Made by a program: the position numbers and the translations under genes
In this document: piece after piece, positions 46,882 to 56,292 of the stretch
Position numbering within the stretch: the first letter of the stretch is position 1
Layout of the letters: every line of letters starts with the position of its first letter
From: Deltaproteobacteria bacterium
GTDB lineage: Bacteria; Desulfobacterota; Syntrophia; Syntrophales; JACQWR01
Assembly: GCA_026388415.1 (NCBI GenBank)
Contig: JAPLJV010000006.1
Coordinates: 48,556 to 112,555 of the forward strand
Length of the DNA stretch: 64,000 nt
Direction of reading: 5' to 3'
Notes under the pieces: model-generated
Told to the model about the DNA's origin: nothing
Seen by the model: only the letters and a program-made list of their open reading frames with translations
Database searches by the model: none

Positions 46882-48951
46882 CTAAGGCGTCACAATCCGG
46901 GAAAAATCGGCAATCTGGCGGAAGATGGAGGAAATTGCCGCCAGCAGAGAGAGTCTGTTGAACCGTATTTTTTCATCTTCCGCCATCACGAGGACGGCGT
47001 CAAAAAAATTATCCACGGGCTGCCGCAGACGGGCGATTTCCCGCAATGCGGCAAGGTAATCCCCGCTTTCGATCAACAAGGCCACCTTTTCTTTTATCTC
47101 CAGATAGACGTTATACAGGTTCTGTTCCGCTTCGCTCTCAAATAGTCCCGGATCAACGGTCCCGCCTGGAAAGTCTTTGATGATGTTGCCGACCCTCTTA
47201 AAGGCGCTGGCCAGGGGTTCAAAACCGGCATCGTCTTTGAGAGTTGCCAAGGCTTCTATTTTATTGAGTGATTTAACCAGGTCGGTGGCATCTATGGAAA
47301 GAACGGAGTCCACCACATCGTAGGGGCGACCCTGCGAGATGAGCTGGTTGGCAAAGCGGGACTGGAAAAAAGCCAGAATATCGGCTTTAATCTCGTCCGC
47401 CGGTCTCTTCAACCTTTCCCCCCAGATGAGAAGACTTTTATCAATCAGCACGTCCAGCGGCAGCGGGTATTTCCTGGCCAGGATAATGTTGATGATGCCG
47501 AGGGACTGGCGGCGCAGGGCATAGGGATCGGCCGTCCCGGTCGGGATCAGATTGACGCCGAAAAAACCCGTAATGGAGACCATCTTGTCGGCGATGCTCG
47601 CCAGGGCGCCTTCCTCCGTTTCGGGCAGAGCGCCCGTGGCGCTGACCGGCAGATAATGTTCGTAAATTCCCTTGGCCACCAGCGGATCTTCGCCCGCCAG
47701 CAGGGCATATTCCCGTCCCATAACGCCCTGCAGCTCCGGGAATTCGCCGACCATCTGCGTGCTGAGGTCTGCCTTGGCCAGCGTCGCCACGCGTAAAACC
47801 CTATCTTTCAGAGCGGGGTTGAGCAGCAAGGCGAGCTCCCCGGCGAGGCTCCGGAAGCGCATGACCTTTTCATAGACCGTGCCCAGCAAGGTATGGAAGA
47901 TCATGCCGTGCAAGTTTTCCAGACGTTCTTCGAGGGGGATTTTACCGTCTTCCTCAAAGAAGAACCGGGCGTCCGAGAGGCGGGCGCGGATTACCTTTTC
48001 GTTGCCCCGCCTTACGACGGCCACGTCGCGCGGCCTTGTATTGCTGACGGTCAGAAAATGATTAAGCAGGTTTCCCTGTCCATCGGTCAGCGGGAAATAT
48101 TTTTGCTGCGTCATCATGGAGGTGATGAGGACCTCCTTGGGCAAAGCGAGGTAGGCGACGTCAAAACTGCCGCTGATCACGGTCGGATATTCCACGATAT
48201 AGGTTATCGTATCCAGCAGGTCCTGATCGTAGAAAACCTTCCCGCCCAGTGATTGCGCCTCTTTCTCCGCGTCCGCCAGGATAATTCTGCGGCGTTCCTC
48301 CGGATCGGCGATTACGAAATTTTCCCGCGTGCCGGTGAGATAGTCGGCGAGACTGCTGACCTTAAACGGCGCCGGACTCAGGAAGCGATGACCGTAAGAG
48401 AGGTTGCCGCTTTGGATATTTTCCAATGCAAAGGGGATTGTTTCCCCGCCATAGAGGGCCAGCAGCCAGTGAATCGGCCGGGCGAAGCGCAGCTCAAAAT
48501 CCGCCCAGCGCATGGATTTCCGGAAGGGCAGGGCAGCGATGAGGGCCGGGATGATTTGCGGGAGCAGGGTTTTGGTCTCGGCGCCGGTAATCTTCTTCCG
48601 GCTGACCAGGTATTCCCCTTTTTCGGTGACAATGGTTTCCAGCGCGGAAATTTCCACTCCCTGGCCGCGGGCAAAGCCTTGGGCAGCGGGAGTGGGATTG
48701 CCCTGGGCATCAAAGGCGGCTCTTTTAGCTGGTCCCAGCTTTTCTATGATCCGCTCCGACTGTTTTTCCGCGACCTCGGCGACGCAGAGAAAAAGCCGCC
48801 GTGGCGTCGCCATGGTGATTATCGCGCCGTGCGGGATCACTTGGGCCGCTAATTCCTTACGGATCATCTCCTCCAGGTCGCGTCTGGCCTGGGGTAAGAA
48901 AGCGGCTGGTATTTCTTCCGTGCCGATCTCCAGCAGTAGTTCCTTGCCCAT
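46882..48951 (-). CDS. glyS: glycine--tRNA ligase beta subunit
   Basis: 689 aa with the MGKELLLEIGTEEIPA start typical of GlyS. Lies downstream of glyQ. Confidence 0.93.
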   Translation of the reverse strand: MGKELLLEIGTEEIPAAFLPQARRDLEEMIRKELAAQVIPHGAIITMATPRRLFLCVAEVAEKQSERIIEKLGPAKRAAFDAQGNPTPAAQGFARGQGVEISALETIVTEKGEYLVSRKKITGAETKTLLPQIIPALIAALPFRKSMRWADFELRFARPIHWLLALYGGETIPFALENIQSGNLSYGHRFLSPAPFKVSSLADYLTGTRENFVIADPEERRRIILADAEKEAQSLGGKVFYDQDLLDTITYIVEYPTVISGSFDVAYLALPKEVLITSMMTQQKYFPLTDGQGNLLNHFLTVSNTRPRDVAVVRRGNEKVIRARLSDARFFFEEDGKIPLEERLENLHGMIFHTLLGTVYEKVMRFRSLAGELALLLNPALKDRVLRVATLAKADLSTQMVGEFPELQGVMGREYALLAGEDPLVAKGIYEHYLPVSATGALPETEEGALASIADKMVSITGFFGVNLIPTGTADPYALRRQSLGIINIILARKYPLPLDVLIDKSLLIWGERLKRPADEIKADILAFFQSRFANQLISQGRPYDVVDSVLSIDATDLVKSLNKIEALATLKDDAGFEPLASAFKRVGNIIKDFPGGTVDPGLFESEAEQNLYNVYLEIKEKVALLIESGDYLAALREIARLRQPVDNFFDAVLVMAEDEKIRFNRLSLLAAISSIFRQIADFSRIVTP

Positions 48952-48961
48952 TAACTATTCC

Positions 48962-49840
48962 TCATTTCTGGTCTTTTTTCAGCAGGGGATAACCCAGGGC
49001 TTCCCGCTGTTTAAGGTATGCCTCGGCGCTCAGACGGGCAATGTTCCTCACCCGGCCGATATAGCTGGTGCGCTCCGCGACACTGATGGCGCCGCGGGCG
49101 TTCAAAAGGTTGAAGGCATGCGAACACTTGAGACAGTAGTCATAGGCCGGCAGCACCAACCCCTGGGAAATTAGGCTGACGCCCTCTTTTTCATACATCT
49201 CGAAGAGTTTTCTCAAGGTCTCCACGTCCGCCTTCTCAAAGTTGTGGATGGAAAATTCCACCTCGCCCTGGTGGTGGACATCCCCGTAGGTGACCTGGTC
49301 GTTCCATTGCAGATCGTAAACGTTGTCAATGCCCTGGATGTACATGGCAATGCGCTCGATTCCATAGGTAAGTTCAGCGCTGACGGGTTTGAGATCAAAG
49401 CCGCCGACCTGCTGAAAGTAGGTGAACTGAGAGATTTCCATGCCGTCGAGCCAGACTTCCCATCCCAGCCCCCAGGCGCCCAGCGTGGGAGATTCCCAGT
49501 CATCCTCGACGAAACGGATATCGTGATCGAGCGGGTCAATGCCGAAACTCCGCAAAGAATCCAGATAAAGCTCCTGAATGTTCAAAGGCGAAGGCTTGAT
49601 GATCACCTGATACTGGTAGTAGTGCTGGAGCCGGTTCGGGTTTTCGCCATAACGGCCGTCCGTGGGTCGCCGAGAAGGCTGCACGAAGGCCCCTCGCCAC
49701 GGTTCCGGCCCCAGGGCGCGCAGAAAAGTGGCGGGATGAAAGGTGCCGGCCCCCACTTCCATATCGTAGGGCTGCTCGATGACACAACCCTGGCTGGCCC
49801 AGTATCCCTGCAAAGCGAAGATCAATTCCTGAAAGGTCAC
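48962..49840 (-). CDS. glyQ: glycine--tRNA ligase alpha subunit
   Basis: [15 protein letters not shown]...[10 protein letters not shown], 292 aa. Confidence 0.95.
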   Translation of the reverse strand: MTFQELIFALQGYWASQGCVIEQPYDMEVGAGTFHPATFLRALGPEPWRGAFVQPSRRPTDGRYGENPNRLQHYYQYQVIIKPSPLNIQELYLDSLRSFGIDPLDHDIRFVEDDWESPTLGAWGLGWEVWLDGMEISQFTYFQQVGGFDLKPVSAELTYGIERIAMYIQGIDNVYDLQWNDQVTYGDVHHQGEVEFSIHNFEKADVETLRKLFEMYEKEGVSLISQGLVLPAYDYCLKCSHAFNLLNARGAISVAERTSYIGRVRNIARLSAEAYLKQREALGYPLLKKDQK

Positions 49841-49870
49841 TTATTCCTCCTCAAGTATTCCATTTTAACG

Positions 49871-49918
49871 CTCATCCTGAGCCCGTCGAAGGATGAGACT
49901 TTTTGCGAGAGCGTCATT
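49871..49918. repeat. REP-like hairpin element
   Basis: CTCATCCT-gagcccgtcga-AGGATGAG, followed by ACTTTTTGCGAGAGCGTCATT. A related copy lies in inverse orientation at 59091-59114. Confidence 0.65.
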
Positions 49919-50201
49919 TCCGGGCTTCGTAACATGGGGCAAATCGCCTGTCAAGAAAGACGTCTCCTAAATGGTCAAGCCATCTCACCCGGTGCGTGAC
50001 TTTGCGGAAATGCCTTGACTATTGCGCAATGAAATTCAGAAGATGAAGGAATCGAAGATGTTCACTGCTTGATTCCAGGCTGTCATTTTATTTAGCACAG
50101 GGTAGATTCTCTGCTTTCGTGATCAGGCGCTACAGGGTGCTGTTAGATGAACGCTATTTCTTCGTCGGTGATCCCATAACGTTATTGCAACCATCCCATT
50201 T

Positions 50202-50429
50202 TCATCCTTCGTTGTGTCCGCGCCGGGTATGGGGGTTATAATTGGAAAATTCTTTTGCCGCCGCAAATATTTCCTCAACACTCTTATCAGGCCACAAATC
50301 TCTCTGCCACTCAGTGTAATCGAAATTATCGCGCCGAATCAGTGTGATAAATTTTTCCGCCTCAACTACTCCAAGATGGTTGCGAAGCGCTTTCATGCCT
50401 TCCGTGCGGATCATCGTGTCTGCCCTCAT
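50202..50429 (-). CDS. small protein encoded downstream of, and overlapping, the PIN gene (putative antitoxin)
   Basis: 75 aa (...EGMKALRNHLGVVEAEKFITLIRRDNFDYTEWQRDLW...). It overlaps the PIN ORF by 4 nt. Confidence 0.5.
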   Translation of the reverse strand: MRADTMIRTEGMKALRNHLGVVEAEKFITLIRRDNFDYTEWQRDLWPDKSVEEIFAAAKEFSNYNPHTRRGHNEG

Positions 50430-50869
50430 AGTTTTCCCTCCAATATTTGTATGAAATCAATAGGATTAATGGTTCTTATTTCTTTTAAGGAAGATACTTT
50501 TTTTAGCAACTGTCTGTCCGTAGTAAGAAAGTAATCACAGTGAGCGAAGATTGCACTCGCGACATGAATCGCATCTTTTGGCTTAACTCGATATATCGCG
50601 GCAACATCCCTTGCACGCTCTAAAACGGCAATTTCGGCTGCTACATTTTCACAGGAAATTTGTTTCCATTCGGCAATTGATTCTTTCTGATTATTATACG
50701 GATTTGCATTATTTTCGAAATCCAGCATAAATGACCACACAAGTCCGATAGTTCCATTATGAATTTTTTCCTGCACAAAAAGCTTTGCTTCTGCTTCGAG
50801 GCGAATCGTTTCGTATACTTGCTCATCGTAGGGACGGTTAAAGCAGCAATTGTCAAGATAGATTTTCAT
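50426..50869 (-). CDS. PIN-domain protein (putative toxin)
   Basis: MKIYLDNCCFNRPYDEQ start (first PIN Asp) and DAIHVASA...YFLTTD. The ATG at 50869 is preceded by GGAGGG. Confidence 0.65.
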   Translation of the reverse strand: MKIYLDNCCFNRPYDEQVYETIRLEAEAKLFVQEKIHNGTIGLVWSFMLDFENNANPYNNQKESIAEWKQISCENVAAEIAVLERARDVAAIYRVKPKDAIHVASAIFAHCDYFLTTDRQLLKKVSSLKEIRTINPIDFIQILEGKL

Positions 50870-50989
50870 CGGATCCACCCTCCTGTATTATCTTTTATTT
50901 CTCATTATCCCCGATTGCCGTTCGCGAAATACGGAAAGTGTCCCGCTGTTCCCGCACGCCGGTTTCATCGGCGTTGTGCTTGGTTGAAA

Positions 50990-52504
50990 CTATGTTTGTA
51001 AGGTTTTTGTTATCTCAGTTACCGCCCATACCGATACTTCATTGATAATCTCATCTGTTACTACTGCCATATTAGCCTCGTCTTTCATTTTCAATGTTTT
51101 TACTTTCCAATTTTCACATTTTGGATGAGCTCTGGTATCCCAGTTTGTAAATTTAATAAATTCGTAGGAATACTGAACTGATAACTCAACCCTGGAATAA
51201 ATGCAGACAATAAAAAGGACTAGTGGTTTGACGGATGTGTGTTTTGGCTCAAGAGAAATTTTTAGTATATTGTTCTCATTCTGGAAAGTGTAAGAAAATC
51301 CATCAACAATCATACGGGTTTTCCATATTGTCTCTAGTTGATATTCCGTGTTATCGGTGCCGCCATAAATATTTGAGTAGGCGGCCATTTTTGCAGCCTC
51401 TATAGCAGATCTTATTGGCTTCTTCGGCAATGGTTTGTATTCCTCTAACTCAAAAGACTCTTCTTTATATGTGGGTGTCGCGAAGAACTCTTTCCCTCTG
51501 TTTTCGTTCAACCAAACACCAATTCGCTGTGAATTTGGAATTGGATTTGGAGCGACATTTGACAAGACACCAATTTCAAAAATGCTTACAATATCCTTAG
51601 GCCAGTTTTGTTCCTGAAATTTGTCCCTTAATAAAGCCAGCCTTTTTATCACTGTTTCCTCATCGCAATATTCAGAATCCGCCTTACGTCTCACAAGCTC
51701 TAACAAAATATTTTCACTTTCTTTTGCTTCAGGTGGTATTCCGGATTCTTTTTCGTCGGGTTTTTCTTCCAGTCCGAAAGCCTTCAGTATTAATTTGTGA
51801 GTGTTATCAGTAATGAAACCAAATATTTCAATAAGATCGGCTTGCGAAATGAAAATCGGTTTTGGGAAACTGTGCGCATTGCAGTCATCGGCTATATATG
51901 CTGCTATGTCACGATAACGAATTTCTCCGGTATGATCCAACAAACCTGTGAATAAGCTCTCAGTAAACTTGCTGTATTCATGGCCAGCGAGTGACGGCTG
52001 ATCGTCTCTTGAAGAAAACATGAAATAAATGTCATTTAGTTGATTGTCCTTAGCGGATTTTTCCAGCTCCTTTTTGGTATCCGATTCTGCTTTTATATAT
52101 TGCGTCCCGCTGAAGCAGGCGTCTACAATTTTAACAAAGAGTTTTGGCTTTAATGTTCGAACCAGTCCGTCTAACTCAGAGTTTCTTAGTCCAGTTGACT
52201 CCTTTTTGGCCTCCTTGAAGTCCGGAAAGATATAGAAAAAGTCCTCTTCGTATCTTCCACCATGACCACTAAAATAGAAAAGAAGTTCGTCGACCTTTTC
52301 CGTTTTATGCTTTGATACAAAATCTGCTAACTTTTTTTTCGTTTCGTAAGCTTTTTCGCCTTTATTAATAAAAAGAACATCATCTATCTTGGCCACGTCA
52401 GAAAGCACGTTTTTAAACAGCTCTGCATCGTTCTTGCAGGCATCCAGATTTTCGAAGTCGTCGTACTGATATTCGGACACTCCAATTATGACAGCCAGTT
52501 TCAT
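50990..52504 (-). CDS. caspase-like (peptidase C14) protease with an uncharacterised ~270-aa C-terminal region
   Basis: Catalytic dyad contexts YFSGHGG (His) and VDACFSG (Cys). The N-terminus LAVIIGVSEYQYDDFENLDACKNDAELF is typical of the family. AAGGAG RBS. Confidence 0.75.
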   Translation of the reverse strand: MKLAVIIGVSEYQYDDFENLDACKNDAELFKNVLSDVAKIDDVLFINKGEKAYETKKKLADFVSKHKTEKVDELLFYFSGHGGRYEEDFFYIFPDFKEAKKESTGLRNSELDGLVRTLKPKLFVKIVDACFSGTQYIKAESDTKKELEKSAKDNQLNDIYFMFSSRDDQPSLAGHEYSKFTESLFTGLLDHTGEIRYRDIAAYIADDCNAHSFPKPIFISQADLIEIFGFITDNTHKLILKAFGLEEKPDEKESGIPPEAKESENILLELVRRKADSEYCDEETVIKRLALLRDKFQEQNWPKDIVSIFEIGVLSNVAPNPIPNSQRIGVWLNENRGKEFFATPTYKEESFELEEYKPLPKKPIRSAIEAAKMAAYSNIYGGTDNTEYQLETIWKTRMIVDGFSYTFQNENNILKISLEPKHTSVKPLVLFIVCIYSRVELSVQYSYEFIKFTNWDTRAHPKCENWKVKTLKMKDEANMAVVTDEIINEVSVWAVTEITKTLQT

Positions 52505-52707
52505 ATGATCTCCTTTTTATTGTCCCAACGGAAAGCTCGCCGGGAGGCCCGTATTGGGGACGATCCGGTGGTGCGCCTTGTCGGGTGTTTGGTGTCATCT
52601 GCGTCGGGTGGGCAACACACCAATAGTCCTCCCCTCAGCGGCTTAACGACAACATGGGGGCGGCAATATCGATGCTGAACAGTATTGGGAGTGTCTGCAT
52701 GGTCCAT
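52501..52707 (-). other. GC-rich 0.2-kb spacer that is either a 68-codon ORF or a structured RNA
   Basis: The ORF exactly fills the gap: TGAcATG at its 5' end and an ATGA overlap with the caspase start. Its product is Arg/Pro/Thr-rich and looks non-globular. Composition is roughly 20 points more GC-rich than both neighbours. Confidence 0.3.
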
Positions 52708-52708
52708 G

Positions 52709-54637
52709 TCATCCCCTCTGCCTGCTTGACGATGAGGTTAGTTTATCTTTTTCCGCTAAAATTCTCTTAGCATCTCTTAAATCAATCTTTGCATGGTGAC
52801 CATGCTTTTCTAATAGATGCAATAAATTTGAACCGCTTAATAATGTAATCGGCTTGCCCTTTGCAAACTCATAAGCATCGGGGCCATAATCTGCTGTTGA
52901 TACCAGTATGCCTTTTGTTGCTCCTTCATTTAATACTGTGCCATATAAATCACGAACAGCCGAAACACTCACTGTATTGGTATATCGCTTGGCTTGAATG
53001 ACTATTTTACCACCACGAATAGGGTCTGGATCAAATGCAATAGCATCAACCCCGCCATCTCTACTTGCTTGAGTTACTTTTACTTCACCGCCATTTACTT
53101 GAAATTCCTGTTCAAACAATTCTCGGATCAAATGTTCAAAATCCTCCCAATCCATGGCGGCGAGATTTGTAGTATTATCAATCCCATTCGTAACATTATA
53201 TCCATCCACAAATCGTTTATCCACCCTGCTCATCTGTAAAATCGGTTGAACTGGAGTCAAGCTGCTTAGTTTGCTACTGGCAACACCCTTTAGATATTTG
53301 AAACAAGCTTTAGGATCAACATTGGATAAATTAATTTTTAAAAACTCGTTCTTCTTTACCTGTATGGTCAGAATACAGTTAGTCTCTTCATTCCCACTCG
53401 CTTTATTAATGGACTTAACCCATCCGTTGAATGAAATTGCATCAATAGCCTCAACTGCATCAGCTTCAAATATTTCGTGTAATGATCGGAGTGTGATTTT
53501 ATATGTGGCGTCATCAAACATTTTATTAAATTGGGACTCAGAAATATGATATTCCTTTAACTCATTGTTTGATGCAATGTATTTTACTTCTTTTTCTTTA
53601 GGAAAACGTTCTAACGAGGGCAATTCATATTCAATAATTAATATCTTATTCTCTGGATTGTACTCTAATTCAAAATTATTTAGGAATGTATCTGGATATT
53701 TAGAGCTATTTAGTATCATTTCGCAATATTGAATTATTGCATCTGTGTTTTTGTGAAAGTAACTTTCTTTGAGTTTCTCAATTTTGTCGTTAAACTCCTT
53801 TTGATTGTTGTTGTATGCTTCCTTCTCCCTTTCCCAATCTTTTTCGAGCGCGTCAATGCGTTCATTAATACGTTCATTAACTGTCTGGTTTTCTTCTTCA
53901 CACTCTTTTAGTTTTTTTTCGTATTGCTCTTTAAGATTAGAGTTAAAAGAATTTGTTTCATCAACTGATTTTTGCCAAGCGGTTATTGCTTCTTGATACC
54001 AAGCGGTTATTGCTTCTTGATAACGTGCTTTATCTTGTATAAAATAAGATTCATCTTGTATAATAATCTGGCTTGGAATCAGCACACCTCTCCAGTTTCG
54101 AATTTCTTCAGGCTGTGTTGGTTTGTAAACTCCTTTTTCCGGCTTTTGGGGTAGCTCTCTAAAAGCTGGTGGTGCTGGTGGTGCCATTCTGCTAAGTCTT
54201 CTATTCAAAGAATATTTTGGATTCGGAACTTCAAATTCTTTCGTGTCTTTAAGTGAATCCCAGATTGACCCGTTATCATTCTCAATCGCGCAAATTAGCA
54301 AGTTATCAATTTGTTTTAGTTTTTCTTGCGCATCTCGTGTTCGTTCTTCTGCAATGTTTAAATTCGCTACCTTGTTAGCTTGCGATTTATTCTTGTGACC
54401 AATTTTAACCCACTGCTCATCCCACTTTTTGAATTGGGCAGCAACTTTATTGTCACGCCGTTCCTTCTCCATGTCCCTTATCTCACAGGAAGTCCCAAGG
54501 CCGAGATGGCCTATTTTAGCTACCCAAGGATCGCTCCACCCAGCACATCTGGTATCACTGTAGTGAAGGTTTTCAAAATTCTCTTTCATTGGCACAGCAG
54601 ATAAACTATTCGCTGTTGTCTTAGTTTTTTCATCCAT
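52709..54637 (-). CDS. Mrr-type (restriction endonuclease-fold) nuclease with a long coiled-coil N-terminal region
   Basis: The C-terminus WEDFEHLIRELF...RDGGVDAIA...VIQAKRY...GILVSTADY matches the Mrr_cat pattern (D...(D/E)xK). The N-terminal ~450 aa are Lys/Glu-rich. Confidence 0.7.
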   Translation of the reverse strand: MDEKTKTTANSLSAVPMKENFENLHYSDTRCAGWSDPWVAKIGHLGLGTSCEIRDMEKERRDNKVAAQFKKWDEQWVKIGHKNKSQANKVANLNIAEERTRDAQEKLKQIDNLLICAIENDNGSIWDSLKDTKEFEVPNPKYSLNRRLSRMAPPAPPAFRELPQKPEKGVYKPTQPEEIRNWRGVLIPSQIIIQDESYFIQDKARYQEAITAWYQEAITAWQKSVDETNSFNSNLKEQYEKKLKECEEENQTVNERINERIDALEKDWEREKEAYNNNQKEFNDKIEKLKESYFHKNTDAIIQYCEMILNSSKYPDTFLNNFELEYNPENKILIIEYELPSLERFPKEKEVKYIASNNELKEYHISESQFNKMFDDATYKITLRSLHEIFEADAVEAIDAISFNGWVKSINKASGNEETNCILTIQVKKNEFLKINLSNVDPKACFKYLKGVASSKLSSLTPVQPILQMSRVDKRFVDGYNVTNGIDNTTNLAAMDWEDFEHLIRELFEQEFQVNGGEVKVTQASRDGGVDAIAFDPDPIRGGKIVIQAKRYTNTVSVSAVRDLYGTVLNEGATKGILVSTADYGPDAYEFAKGKPITLLSGSNLLHLLEKHGHHAKIDLRDAKRILAEKDKLTSSSSRQRG

Positions 54638-54802
54638 GGCTTAAACCTCCGCATACCAATAAATTCCAGAAACGCGAAAATGCATGTGTAATCGGGGGAC
54701 ATCCAGTTATTTTCGTAAACCAGTATGGATGTCACCAGATTTCCCACCGGAGCGGCCCCAGTGGATACGACCGGCTATAGCGGCTTGTTGGACACATTTG
54801 TG

Positions 54803-55348
54803 TTACTCAAATGTTTTGCTAAAAGCCTTCTTCAAATCCGTCTCAAGTTCCTCAATTTGCTTTCCGATGGAGTCGAGCTTGGCACTACATTCCTGGAAAC
54901 CAGCCATAAGCTTGCCCATAACCTTAGCTTCTTGCCCGTACTTTACGCCTAGATACTGGAGTTCGTCAAATTCACGAACGATACGATGGCCCCTCGCGTA
55001 GATATTGTCTGGCAGTACTGCTCGCTGATTCGCAGGTAAATCCCTCTTTACGAGATCACCCAGGATATAGGGGAATTTTTCGAGGAAATCCTCGTGACCT
55101 ACCTCGCCCCGAATGGCCGACATAATGAGCAAAGATGCGCGATTCTCGGCGTTACGTATAGGCTCGATCCACTCAAGCGCAGCACCAAGCGCCTCTCGTT
55201 TGAGACCCGTAAGTTTCTCTTGCCGTTCTCGCCGCCATTTCGAACGTTCAATGCCATATGCAGTAAGAGAAGAAATGAGCGCTCCAACGACTGCACCGAG
55301 CAAAGGCCCTGCAATCGATAACATCTTTGACAACAACTCTTCACTCAT
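54803..55348 (-). CDS. hypothetical protein with one N-terminal TM helix
   Basis: SIAGPLLGAVVGALISSLTAYGI TM segment. It overlaps the upstream HEPN gene by 4 nt. Confidence 0.55.
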   Translation of the reverse strand: MSEELLSKMLSIAGPLLGAVVGALISSLTAYGIERSKWRRERQEKLTGLKREALGAALEWIEPIRNAENRASLLIMSAIRGEVGHEDFLEKFPYILGDLVKRDLPANQRAVLPDNIYARGHRIVREFDELQYLGVKYGQEAKVMGKLMAGFQECSAKLDSIGKQIEELETDLKKAFSKTFE

Positions 55349-56292
55349 ATGAGACCAGCTTCGTCCACTAGCATCAGGATGGCTGCTCCAGTGCTGTTTA
55401 GCGCATAAGCTGCGAGGTGTCGGGGCACTTTGCGTGTCTCGACTCCAGCACCATGAGCTTTGCTAAGCCGGTTCCGCAGAGTAGCCACAATCAGGAGGAC
55501 CGCTTCGAAGTAGCTATCCAAGCTGGTGTGATCGAGAATCGTCTTGATTAACACTCCGGCCGTATCTGTTTGCTTGTACGGCCAGCCCTTTCTCTCGCAG
55601 ATGACCTTCATCGTGCTCTCGAAGGCACTGCAGCATTTGGTAAGAGAGTCGCCGTAGTCACCCTTACGGAAATCATCGAGCGCCTCCAGATACTCAGAAT
55701 TCACACCAACAAATTGAGCTGCGCGAAGCAGCGTCAAGGCGGGTTCCGTCACACCTCGATGCAGTGCCTCGTTGTCGCGGGCAATCACTCTGGGAAACTC
55801 GCGAGTCCTTGTCACGTCGACCTCACCCTCACCAAAGGGCGACAGTTCACGAGTCTGCTCCTTCACAAAGCCGGTCAAGTAATACGGCAAGTCATCAACC
55901 CGCAGTAGATCGTTGAGTTCGCTCACGGCCAGATCGTCTGGAAGGTGAATTCGCTGGAAGCACTCGACACGGAAGATGTACTCCAGAAAATCGAGGAATT
56001 CAGGAACACTGCAGCTGAGCAAGAATTTTACCGTGTCCTCAACTGGTAATTGCGGTCTGAAGTGGGAGTCCGAGAGCTGCACCCGCCCGTGTCTGTACTG
56101 CAGGGTTCGGTGAATCTCTGACCAGAACTCAGTTGTGTAGTCCTCATATCCGCCGTAGGACCTCTTATTGCTGAAGATGTCAGCACACCACAGGAAAACC
56201 CGATTACGCGTGGATTCAGGGACTTTGGCAGGCAAAACCTTTCTTGCACTGGGTCTGCGCGAAAAAACGTCGAATATATGACTCAAATTCAT
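55345..56292 (-). CDS. Abi_C / AbiJ-like HEPN-domain protein
   Basis: The C-terminal LRNRLSKAHGAG (R-x4-H HEPN motif in the Abi_C context) is preceded by DSLTKCCSAFESTMKVICERKGW. The ATG at 56292 has a GGAGGG RBS. Confidence 0.6.
   Translation of the reverse strand: MNLSHIFDVFSRRPSARKVLPAKVPESTRNRVFLWCADIFSNKRSYGGYEDYTTEFWSEIHRTLQYRHGRVQLSDSHFRPQLPVEDTVKFLLSCSVPEFLDFLEYIFRVECFQRIHLPDDLAVSELNDLLRVDDLPYYLTGFVKEQTRELSPFGEGEVDVTRTREFPRVIARDNEALHRGVTEPALTLLRAAQFVGVNSEYLEALDDFRKGDYGDSLTKCCSAFESTMKVICERKGWPYKQTDTAGVLIKTILDHTSLDSYFEAVLLIVATLRNRLSKAHGAGVETRKVPRHLAAYALNSTGAAILMLVDEAGLI

Noticed and set aside
52501-52707. Retron-like msr/msd or type III antitoxin RNA in the GC-rich spacer
   Set aside because: There is no reverse transcriptase gene nearby and no tandem repeat structure typical of type III antitoxin RNAs. 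I leave it as an unclassified ORF-or-RNA question.
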